From Octopus sinensis (Eukaryota): a stretch of DNA of 64,000 bases. Shown here piece after piece: positions 49,029 through 60,836 of the stretch. The position numbers and the translations under genes are program-made. The first letter of the stretch is position 1. Each line of letters opens with the position of its first letter. The DNA is taken from assembly GCF_006345805.1 (NCBI RefSeq), contig NW_021832611.1:124001-188000 (forward strand). The letters run 5' to 3'. The notes under the pieces are model-generated. The model was not told where the DNA came from, ran no database searches, and was given only the letters and a program-made list of their open reading frames with translations.

Positions 49029-49629
49029 TATAGTTTTCTAACTCAGGATAATTTTTAACTAAAAGATTTAATCACATTTTTCTGTTCTGATTTTTACCGA
49101 AATATGGGTCAGCAGAGATATTAAATTTCAAAAAATCATAGCCAGACATCTTTTCCTTCCTTCACAATACATTTTTTCCCCGAAAGGCTGAATTCACACG
49201 TCTAAGTTCCTCTGTATCTCTCGCAGCCTGTCCTGGCACGATCTTCTCTCAAATGTCGAGTCCTCTCTTAAGTCTTGCGCTGAATAAAATCTAATGTTCA
49301 TGTTCACAAAATCAACTTAATGCAGGGGTAACCTTTATTACAGCAAGTGACATGTGAATTGGGTGAGGTAATAACTAATTTGATTGGATAAAGAATCTTA
49401 AGATTATTTTATTTTTAATTATTAACCTATACCACCAATAGATAATTTATAAGTAATTAAAAAAATTATCCAACAATAAGTTCTTCAAGAATTGGAAAAA
49501 AAAGTTTTGGAACATTAAATAAAATTAAAAAAAGTAAAATTGTATATTAAATTTGTTTAATATAAAAATGAAAATGTGGTAAATAAAATAGAATAAATTT
49601 TAACGCTGTCATTTTGTTGTGTTTTCATA

Positions 49630-50787
49630 ATGTCAGAATTTATACTAAAATCAATTTCCCCAGCTTTAAAACAACCAGAAGATTTACCCACAGTATTTCT
49701 AGTCCTTGGAATGGCAGGGTCAGGGAAAACAACATTTATAAACGTTTGTCAAAAACCATTATTGAGTAGATGTTAAATTCTAAACTTAAAAATGCGGGAA
49801 CATCACCATACGTTATAAATCTCGATCCAGCAGTAGTCAATCTTCCATACATTCCAAATATTGGTATGATAGTAATAATCACTCCTTTAGATATACGAGA
49901 TAATATCTCGTATACAAAAGTAAGGAAGGACTACAATCTTGGTCCAAATGGAGCAATTGTCTGTTCTCTTAATCTATATGCCACTCGATTCGACCAAGTT
50001 ATTCGACTGATCGAATCCAAAAAAGGAAAAAATAAGTAATCCAAAGTCTAATGTGCAGATTTGTGATAATTGATACTCCGGGACAAATAGAAGTGTTTAC
50101 ATGGTCGGCTTCGGGCACAATCATTACAAATTTATTGGTTGGGACCGAAGGATATTAATATTTTACAGGCATCATCATTTCCCACGGTGGTGTTGTATAT
50201 CACGGATTCAAACGTGAGTCGTGACCCAGTGACTTTTATGAGCAACATGCTCTACACGTGTTCAATGCTTTATAAATTTAATTTGCCGTTATTACTTTGT
50301 TTAAATAAGGTTTAAACATATTGATGAATTTCAGTCTGATTTGGATGGCACTGGAGTCGTCTTGGAGTGGATAAGAAACTCTGATGTTTACTGTGAAGCT
50401 CTTGACCAAGATCCATCATATGCATCTAACCTCAGCAGGTCACTTAATTTGGTTCTTGATCGTTTTTATGAGACGATTGAGGTATTTTTAAAGATTGTTT
50501 TGTTTCAGGCAGTTTGTGTTTCATCTACTATTGGGATTGGTTTTGATGAGTTGCTTGGACGTTTTGATGATTTGAGGGAATTATATTTTAAGTTTGATTC
50601 TGATCTTTATAGTATTTAGAGAATATATGGAATACTATAATAATATGACTAAAGGAATTGATACAAAGACAGTTACTGGTTATAATCTTTTTAAGATTTT
50701 TTAGGAGATTCTGTCGAGTTTGGTACCGTTTGTAGTGACGGTTCTGATGTGTCACAATTGGAGGAGGATTTGATTAATAAAATGTGA
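49630..50787 (+). CDS. GPN1: GPN-loop GTPase 1
   Basis: [45 protein letters not shown]. Micro-introns and an acidic C-terminus. Confidence 0.92.
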
Positions 50788-50928
50788 ATTATTTTTTGAT
50801 TTATATTACAATTTGATTTTCTATTATTAAAAACGAAAAATAGTTATTTTTAGAATTTTTTGTAGTATATTTATTATATCTGAATTAATGAATATCAAAA
50901 TGTTTAATCGAAATAACTCTAAAGACGA

Positions 50929-51177
50929 TCATTCGAAAGTATTAAAATTTACAATTAATAATACAGAAACGAAAATACCTGGACGAATATCTGTTATATG
51001 GATTTTCAAAGTGTGGTGAAAAGCTTTTATCGAAAGCCGAATGTCTTTTTTGTCGCAAAATATTGTGTAACGCTTCTCTTGTTCCTCCTGAATAATTATT
51101 GGATTAGGAATTTTTTCATCATAGTCAATAAAAAAATATTTCTTCCGCTGAATATCAACAAATTCTTGAAATATCAA
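50929..51177 (-). CDS. Probable exon(s) of an unidentified small gene
   Basis: Open, protein-like frame (IIIQEEQEKRYTIFCDKKDIRLSIKAFHHTLKIHITDIRP) ending at a GT donor, convergent with GPN1. No family recognised. Confidence 0.3.
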   Translation of the reverse strand: MIFQEFVDIQRKKYFFIDYDEKIPNPIIIQEEQEKRYTIFCDKKDIRLSIKAFHHTLKIHITDIRPGIFVSVLLIVNFNTFE

Positions 51178-51789
51178 CAGATCGCCAATTGAAAGAATTT
51201 TTCATTAAAATTTAAATGATTTTTAGATTTAGAACTGAACAGTCGTTCATTTTTCGGAGTAAAATACAAAACCATACATTATTTTCATTAATTTTTCTAA
51301 AAGATTTCTTTTTCTTGATATTTTTTTGGTAAAAAGTTTTTAACAAATATTATTAAAAATTATTTAGGGTGCCGAGGATAAAGTTAAAATTTTAGGGGTA
51401 TCTCCAAAGAATAAGTTTGTGAAACACTGCCCTAGATAATATGCAGAAGGTAAAGATTTGACGATTAAAATAGGATGCTTTGACAAAGAACATCACCGGG
51501 ACAATAATTTTAATCCAAAAGTGCCCGGAAAGAGTCTCAACTCCTAGTTGAAGTCGCTGCTGAATTTTCTGACAGGGAGGATCTTGTAGGAAAAATTAAG
51601 AGTTACTCAAAAAACGTGTAAATTGGAAATTCTTAAAAATATTTAGAAACTATATTTTATTAATATCATTATCTAATGAAAAACAAATCACTGAACATCT
51701 AAAAGATTAAAAGTTCAATAATATTTTAAAAGGATATTCTGGAAGTTTTGAGTAACAATATATATCTAGTTTATAAAACCTACAAATAC

Positions 51790-53483
51790 ACATTTTTGTG
51801 CCGCGGGACGATATAAAATGTGCCGCATGAAGATCTATATTTACATATTTTTTGTTTAATTTTTAACTTAAAAATTATTTATTATGAAACAATTATAATA
51901 AATTATAATCACGTTGCTATTTGTAATGTCTGTGTATCGGAGTATTCGTCATTACAAATCATCTTTTTTATCTATGGGTTTTGACTGTTGTGGCACTGGA
52001 AATAGTTTACCACAGTGCCTGATTTGCATGGAGGTGTTGTCGAATGAATCAATGGTTCCATCTAAATTTCGTAGACATTTTTCATCTAAGCACCCGGAAT
52101 ATAAAGATTATTCAATTGATTATTTTAAAGAATTAAGCAAAAAACATTGGTAGTGTTAATAATTATATATATACATATTTAGAGTAAGTAAAAAATTATT
52201 TTCAAAATCATTTGGAAAATCAGAAGATGCAGTAAAGTGCTCTTATCTAGTATCGGAATTGATTGCCAAGAAAATGAAACCTCATACAATTGCCGAGAAT
52301 CTTATCCTTCCAGCATGCAAATTAACAGTCCGAACAATGTTTGGCGTGGAATTTGAAAAAAATTATTGAAAATACCCTTTTCTGACAATACTATTTGTCG
52401 AAGAATTAGTATTGGTTTCGAAAACTCTTCCGTCTGCTTTAAAATCAGTTATGGATGATGTCATAAAAATGATCAATTATATAAAAACTCGATCTAAAAA
52501 TTCTAGAATTTTTAATTCTTTATGCGATGAAATGGGAGCAAGTTATAAAAATTTATTGTTACATACCGAAATACGATGGTTATCACGGGGAAGGGCACTG
52601 GCCAGAGTGTATGAATTAAGGGACACGATAGCTGAATTTTTCACGAGAGAACAATGCTATCAATTTCATGAATTGATCAGCAATTCGAATTGGAAATTAA
52701 AATTAGCATATCTAACGGACATATTTTCGATGTTGAATGATGTGAATCTAAGCATGCAAGGAAATAATGAGACAATTTTGAGTTGCACGGACAAGTTAAA
52801 TGCTTTAAAAATGAATATTACATATTGGAGAAGACTAGTATTAAGTGGGGATTTTAGTATGTTTCCTAAGACTAATGGTTTCGCATTCTAATTTATAAAG
52901 CTAATTTAGATTCTGACGGTACCATAATACAAAGTCTTATATATGAGCATTTGACATCATTGGAACAAAAAGTCAATAATTATTTTCCAGACATAGACAT
53001 TGAAAAATATGATTGGGTATTTATTTAAATAATTAGTTTTAGATACGGAATCCATTTTTGCTTAGTCATAGTAATGAGTTATCACCGTTCGAAAATATGG
53101 AGCTTATTGAACTATTTAATGATTGTACCTTAAAATTATCACATACGGAATTAAATATTGGCGAATTTTGGATCAAAATTCGTTCTAGATTTCCAAAAAT
53201 AGCAGATAAAGCAATGCGGATCATTCTACAATTTGCAACAACTTATTTGTGTGAAAAGGGATTTTCTGCATTACAAAACATCAAAACAAATAAGCGAGAA
53301 AATCTACTGGATTTAGATTCAGAAATGCGACTGGCCTTATCAAATATTGAGCCAGACATAGAAAAATTATGTAAAAATAATAAATTTTGAATTGGGAATT
53401 TTATAATTATGTTTTGATTATGTGCCGCGAGATTATTTTTTATTAGCATTTGCGCCGCGAGAAATTTCTCGTGAAAACCTATG
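51790..53483 (+). mobile_element. hAT/Buster transposon remnant 2 with an intron-containing transposase
   Basis: BED finger (PQCLICMEVLSNESMVPSKFRRH), KPHTIAENLILPAC, LLLHTEIRWLSRG, KLAYLTDIF, FATTYLCEKGFS. TGTGCCGC subterminal motifs at both ends; the right end is followed by CTATAGAC. Left TIR not found. Confidence 0.85.
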
Positions 53484-53714
53484 CTATAGACATATAGCCA
53501 AAACGACTAACAACAATTAAATTAGCGCTTATAACATCGTTTTGGGGTTCTGAGGAAAACCAGAAACGAGCATATCTTCATTTGATCAAATAAGTGTAAT
53601 TAAATTGGGAAATATTGAATATAATTTTTACTGCAAGCAAAAGAAGACTCACAACAGTAGCCTATCCTGGAGATTTAAAATGTAAAAGTTTAAAATTTTA
53701 TTGAAAATAAGTTT

Positions 53715-55279
53715 TTAAACAATATTATCGGAATTGTTCAAAGGACAGATACAATACGAATTCTTAATAAATGACTTACAACACTGATATCCCCACTTTC
53801 CGTTACTCCAGAAAGATCCATAAATTGACTAGGAATGTAATAATAACTCAAATTACTTTATGATTATTAATTAAAACGTCCTCTTCATACTTTGAGCGCA
53901 AGGGAAGTCGTTCACATCCCTTTACAATCGCCCCATATTTAGAATACTCGTTGTATTCCTCCTTCAAAATACCACAAAATAACTAATACAGTCTGAGCAA
54001 GCAACAGTTCATCAGGAGGTCTTTCAAGATGTTCATGTCCCCCATAAATGTCAAGAATTGACTTTCTTTTAGCTTTGCTTGTGTTTTCTTTTAAATTACG
54101 ACATTCCTGAGAAAGAAATTCCATTCTAGTCGGATCTGCTTGAAAGTGTACATTGGCCCCTCGTTCGGCAATTTCCCAGGAATACACTGATTTATAATTT
54201 ACAAGAAAAACGCTGTTGTTGAAAGAACTCTAAAGCGTCTCCAGATGCCCTGAGAAAATTCTCCCCTGCGTAGGAAAATCTTGGGATAAAATATGGAACA
54301 AAATACTCGTCCGAATTCGTTTTTTTGATCCCCGACCTCATAGATCTCGATTTTGGGTCGTAGAAAACAGAATCTGGATTCAAATCGTAGAGATACTTTA
54401 AAATTAGAAAAAATTATTACTTTTGCAGTGTCCTCTCTGATTCGCAAATTTCTCACCGTGATTAGTGTTTTAGAGTCCTTTGTACACTTTTGACCAGGCA
54501 TATCCATATCCTCGACGTCCTCCTCTTCTTCTTCCATATCACATTTCAATCCTTCTTCAGTCTCCAATTGTTTCGCTCTCGCATCCTTCCTTGCCTGAAA
54601 GAATAATAATCTGATTATTGTCACTTCTTCAATTTTTTGAAATCTTTCGATCACATGTGAGTAACTTTCTGGGTCATATCCATTCCAACGATCCCGTTTT
54701 CCGTCGAATGACATTGGAAGGTCTGTTGTTATGTACTCGTCCTGAGCAAATGTCTTGTTCGTCATTTTTGCATTGGCCTTCCGTGGTCTCTGATTTATGG
54801 CTAAGGATATATACTTCTAAGCAGTCCTTTCGTTTATGAGTGGTTGCTCCACAATTTTCACACGAACCTGGCTTCCATTGACTTCTCAGGGATCCCTGTG
54901 ATTTTATTTAAGAATATATACTTCAATATGACCTTTTTTGTGCCAGGTATCAATTCCTACGCCGTTTCGAGCTTCGGCCTTATCAGAAAGTCGCTGATGT
55001 TGGAGAGTTGGGGTAGTGGAATAATAATACCATGGAGCCTGCATGATATATTGAGGCATATGGGGATTTATGTCACTGTATAAATTAATATTATTTTGTT
55101 ATTAACCGGCCCTTTTCATCTTTCATGGCTGGAATTGTTCCTGCCTTACGGGCCTCTTCAATTTCCTTTAGTTTTCTGATTTCGTCGCGTGATTGACTAT
55201 TTAGCAACGAATTTCCACTTTTCTCCGTTTTGTTTAATTTTGCTATTAAAGTAGGTGGAAAATTTGGTCGAAACGACAT
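53715..55279 (-). CDS. SLU7: Pre-mRNA splicing factor SLU7
   Basis: [24 protein letters not shown], zinc knuckle [57 protein letters not shown]. Confidence 0.93.
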
Positions 55280-55802
55280 CTAACGACGGTTATTTTATTA
55301 ATATACACTACAACGCAGAAAATAGCTTAATTTTATTATTTTTTAATATAATAATTTAAAATGTAATAACTAAATAATAAATATAACAAATATCAAAATT
55401 TGAGTCGAATTATAGATTTTATATAGATAATTATAATTTCTGAGAACATTTATTAGTAAGCATGCAAGTGATGAATAAACATAAATTTTTTCATCTGTCC
55501 TTATAAAAAGAAACCTGACTTTGAACACCAACATCAAAACTTTTTGCTGTTAAAAGACTTTAACAAATATTCATTCTGGTTTTTCTTGATTGTTATAAAA
55601 GGACGTGGATGTGTAGAGTTGACGTAAACAAATCAATTAATTATTCTACTAAACAGCATTTAATTAGTAATTAATAAAGTATTAAAAGCTTCATTTAGTA
55701 TTGAAGAAATTTTTGTTGAAAAGTGCGAAATAGGGTTGGGCATCTAATAAATAAAGATATTTTGCTACGCTGAAATATTTAACAAATTAAATAATTTATC
55801 AT

Positions 55803-56378
55803 ATGTCTAATTTACGGAATTCAAGAGTGGACACCACCTTGCAGACAGATGTTCATGTAAAAAACAATAGACCAGATATCTTTGTCCTTGATAAAACGAA
55901 AAACGAAATCACTCTAATTGAAGTCGGAATTACTTCCCACGCCATGTTAAAGCAAGTGGAAGTAGAAAAACTACATAAATATGATCTTCTTGCAGGAGAA
56001 TTATCTCAAATCCACGGTGCGAAGGTAACGATAATCCCCATTGTCCTCACATGGGAAGAGATAGTTTCTAAATTCTCTAAGTCTTATATGGAAAGACTGA
56101 AGTTGGATGCTTTCACTAGATCGTATATACAATCGCTGACAATTAAAAAGACATTGGAAACCATGCTTGTTGAACATAAACATGGAGTGGAAATTGAAAA
56201 ACATGAGGAACAAGTTTCGAGGGCCACCAACCACCTCCTAAAATTGGCTAGAGAAACAACAGATCCACCAGATTTGCCGGAAGATGTGTCTCATGTGTCA
56301 TATGAAGTGTTAGAGGAGAAGAATACGCAGATCCAGTGCAGCGGTTCAAAAAGGAGGAGAATTATACAGATTAGTTAG
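55803..56378 (+). mobile_element. R4/NeSL-like RLE-only open reading frame (5'-truncated copy)
   Basis: Uninterrupted 191 aa: RVDT...RPDIFVLDK...LIEVGIT...KLHKYDLLAGEL, ending KRRRI. Confidence 0.82.
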
Positions 56379-56381
56379 TTA

Positions 56382-58129
56382 CAGTCCGACCTTGAATTGG
56401 AACACTAAGTGTTCCAAAAACTAAGGTTTTGTCAAAAAATTAATATCAATATAAATTTAATAATTTAATTAATGCAATAAAGTCTTAAATATTATTATTT
56501 ATTGAAAAATAGTCATCGATCCTTTTTCCATAACCATAATTTTTCTTCAAACTACTGAACAAATTTTGTCTGAAACAGTAAAATTCATTTAACAACATTG
56601 GAGCTATGTCTAGAACTGATTCTTCCAATTCATTCACTTTTGTTACTACTTATTTCACCGTAGTCTGTTTATTTTGCATACCACTGTAAAAAATTTCTTC
56701 ATTATCGCTGCTTTCCGTATTTTCCAACACTTCGTCTACAACTTGTTCTATAACATCATCCGTCAGATTATCAGAAACAACAAATATTTCATTGCCGAAA
56801 GTATTATCCCAACAATTTGTAATTATTTCGAAGGATACATTTTGCCACGATTTCGATACTATTATCAATGATTGGCGTAAATTAATTTTTTTAAGTAAGT
56901 CGCAGTAAAAATCTTCTTCATCTATACAACAAATAAATTCAATTAACGCTTTCGAATAATTATCTTTAAAAGCTTTGATTATCCCATTATTCAATGGTTG
57001 AAGAATTGGAGTTGTATTTTGGGTAAAAACAGCAATTCGATATTTGAGAGCGATTTATTTTCATGACACGAAGCGTTATCAAGAATTATTAAAATTTTTC
57101 TCTTTTCCATTTTCATTCGTTCATTCACTAAGAATAACCATTGAATAAAAATATCTCTTGTCATCCAGGCATTTTTGGAGATGAGTACATAGCACCATAA
57201 TTCTCAGGGTTAAAATTTCTGAAACATCTGGGATTTTTAAATTTCCCGATTATTAAAGGATCAAATTTTTGGCCTGAATAACTGCAGCAAAAGAGCAAAG
57301 AAATTTTTTCCTTATTTATTTTAGACCCTGACGCATTTTTATTTTTTTGTACGAATGATTTTTTTGGGGTCTTTTTTTATAAAAAGACAAGTTTCATCAA
57401 TGTTAAAGATATTATTTTTTCCAAATTGATCAATTTTTTCATGGAAAACTTTTAAAAATGATTGAATTCCATCACGATTACATGAGTTTTTTTCGCCGCT
57501 AAGGATTTTGAATTTGAGTTCATGTCTTTTTTTAAAATTCATTAACCAACCATTCGATCCTTTAAAGCTTGTAATGTTCAATTTACCCGCAATTTTCAAA
57601 CCTTAAAACAATGTGAGAAAAGGTAAAATTACCAATTTTTTTGATAAGAGGACCTGAAACTGGAATATTTTGGAGCCGTAATTGTTGAAAAACGTCGAGA
57701 ACTTTACTATCCAATGTTTTAAAAATATCGTCAGTTTTTGTTTCAGTCCGAAAATTTGGAATAATGTTCCCACAGGTTATTTGCGGCGTAATCGTTTTTT
57801 TATTCGAGCAATTGTGCCAATGCTCGTTTCATATTTTTGAGCAAGTACTCTGTGTGAATGACTTTTTAGTTGTCGAGCAATTTCAACCTTTTTCTCGTAA
57901 CTGAGACCCATAATGATTTAGCGTGGAGTTTTTTTTAATCCAAATTAATTAATTTTTTTAATGACTAGAAATAAATAATAATAATAAATTTTGTTCCAAA
58001 TCGAGGTTTTCATTTAAAAGGAATTATTTATTCTAGGCAGAGATCCTACAAAGTGTTCCAAAAACTGAGGTTGTTTCAAAAACTGAGGTGTTCCAGCCCC
58101 GAGGTCTGTTCCAAATCGAGGTCGGACTG
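56382..58129 (-). mobile_element. pogo/Tigger DNA transposon with a decayed transposase
   Basis: TIRs CAGTCCGACCT(T/C)GA(A/T)TTGGAACA with TA TSD at 56380-56381 and 58130-58131. HTH (KGSNGWLMNFKKRH), NIDET, LILDNASCH-like and LQPLNNGIIKAFK. At least one ~31-nt GT-AG intron. Confidence 0.88.
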
Positions 58130-58459
58130 TATTAGTAACTAAAAACGTTAATTTATAGTAAAAAAAAATACGGAATTCAATATCTATTTATACTTTAAAA
58201 GATTAATTCTGGGAATAACCTCATTATAATTAATAAGATCCTAAGACCTTTTTTACCCTTTTGAATATTAAATAACACTGATAATCACAAAGATCAGTTT
58301 TTATTTATTTTAAACTTTTCTTTCACGAATAATAATTTCAAATATCAAGGAATATTTTTTCCAACATTAGGATTTTATATTTTTAATTAAAAATTAAATC
58401 GAGTGAATTATAATTAATTAAATCTGTAATAAAATTCCATTTATTAGTTAAATACTGCT

Positions 58460-59594
58460 ATGCTTAATTCGTTTATTCTAATATCTATTTGGAAAAATCA
58501 CTTTTCTTTATCATTGCAAATTTCACTGAAAATCCAAAACACATCTGGCTATGAAAATATTCAAGATGAGTTAAAAACAAAAAGAAAAATATTCGACACA
58601 AATGTCGAATTGATCGATGAGCATGAACAAAAGTATCAACGTAGTGAAGAGTCGTTGAAATTAAAGATCAAAGAATTTATCGTCTTGGTTGATTTTTAAA
58701 TAATTACTTGTAGAATAAAAATAAAAAATTCAACTATTCATCTGAAAGAAAATTTGTAAATGAAACAAATTCAGAAACAAAAATTGATTATAATTTTCAA
58801 AATTTCGTTTTTGATAAATTCGACAATATTTACGATCTTCCTGAATATTTAAATTGGACTCGAAAAAATGTAGTAACACCTGTAAAGAACCAATTTAAAT
58901 GCGGATCTTGTTATGCTTTTGGGACGGTTGATGAATTTAGTTTATTTTTAGGTTGCGAGTTTAGAAAGCCAATATGCATTAAAGTTTAACAAGCTGGTTA
59001 CTTTCAGTGAACAAAATGTTATCGACTGCACATCCCCGTTTAAAAATTTCGGCTGCTGGGGGGGAATGTTTGAAAACATTATTAAATATATCCTTACAGT
59101 TGGAGGTCTCGACACTCAAGAAAAGTATCCTTATGAAGGAAGGGTTCGGTTTGTTTAATACATTTGTAGACAGTCAAGTGTAGATATCACTATAACAAAT
59201 TAAGATTAAAAGACAAGGGATACGTTAGCATGGAAAATTTAACAAATTACCAACTTCAAAAAATAGTTGCCGAAATTGGCCCAGTGACTGCTGCCTTAGA
59301 TCCTTCTTCATTTGCTTTTATGTTCTACACAAAAGGTAATATTTTTCAAACTCTGGAGGAATATTAAAAATTAATAAATACAGACGAAAGAATCTTGTAC
59401 ATATGGGACTTTTAGTTGGCTATGGAGTTGAAAAAACAATAAAATATTGGCTGATCAAGAACAGGTACTAAATACTCTTTTAGCCTAATAGTTGGGGAAC
59501 TTCCTGGGGGGAAAGTGGATATTTAAGATTATCAAGAGATAATGAGAACGTGGGAGGAATAGGAACTCTAATATACTATCCGGTTTTTGAGTAA
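58460..59594 (+). CDS. Cathepsin L-like cysteine protease, copy 2 (partial I29 propeptide)
   Basis: ERFNIN-like segment [15 protein letters not shown]...KLKIKEF. Same mature-domain introns as copy 1; catalytic C, H and N intact. Confidence 0.9.
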
Positions 59595-60269
59595 TGTAGT
59601 TTTCTAACTCAGGATATTTTTAACTAAAAGATTTAATTTCTATTATTTATAGAATACTAAATATTCAAGAAATTTTTCTGTTCTGATTTTTGTTAGAATA
59701 AGGGTCATTAGAGATAGCAAATCCTGAAAATTAATACTCAGACTTTCCTGTCTCAGTCCTCACAATGATTTTTTTGCTGAAAGGCTGCATTCACGTCTCC
59801 ATGTTTCTCTATATTCTTTACTGCTTGTTTCCCACCATTTTTTCTCAATCAGTTTTCTCTTAAGTCTTGCGACTTTCTTATGTCTGATTTCAATAGTGTT
59901 TCAAAATGATCCGCGATTAATCTAGCCACTTCAGGCTGGTCTAAAATCAGTTTTCCATCTTCATGTCGTATGATCAAGATTTGTCTTACCAACTAGCTTT
60001 TGATCTAGTAAACCAAATTTTACATTGCGATTGAAAGACTATGCTTATTATATTCTTATTTTAATTATTTTATTCGTATGGCAGATGATGTTTTTTAAGC
60101 CAATCATGATTCTGATATAAGGATGACTTCTACTTTCTGATGCCAAATTACATTTTTCTATCAGAATAAATTTAATATACCTGAATGTTATATTACCAAT
60201 ATATATTTGTTAAACTTCTAAGTAGATGTTAATAACTGTTAATTATATTAATGAATTAAAGGGCTGAAT

Positions 60270-60650
60270 TTTTACTGGGCGAGAGGCTGGACGTTCGAGA
60301 AAGAGTTCGAGGGTACTATCGCGAGGGATATCCGCTCAAAGAGCTATCTCGATTCGCGGGCGTCGCAAGTGAGTGTCGACATCCGAGACCCGATCTTTTG
60401 AACAAAGCTGATTGCCTTTTCACCCAAAGAATCAGACGTCTCAACTGCGAATGGAAGGAATTGATACTTCTCCACAAGTGAAGAGTACTTTGGCATCTTT
60501 TTACATTCGGCAGTAGTGGCGATTGATCCAGAGGCGAATGCGGACATCATCAGGTTCTCGGGCGAAAATGAGTTCACACACGTGGCTTTACTCTGTTGAA
60601 GGGAAACACAGTAATCTCGTTCGGTCTCTTCCCATCCCCCCGATCCTATC
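60270..60650 (-). mobile_element. CRE-like RLE 3' fragment
   Basis: GDGKRPNEITVFPF...KKMPKYSSL...FLPFAVET...LFERISLAIV. Confidence 0.8.
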
Positions 60651-60836
60651 TAATTAAAAGTTTCAAATTAATTATAGCATTGTTTAAGATTTTCTTATGT
60701 TTTAGGTCCTAAAATTTAGGAAATGGTACGTAAAAGTAAAGAACAAGAAATGTTTTTTCCAAAATTGAAATTTTATATTTTTTATTAAAAGACAAATCGA
60801 TTGAATTATAAATAATTAATTCTGAATAAAAGTCCT

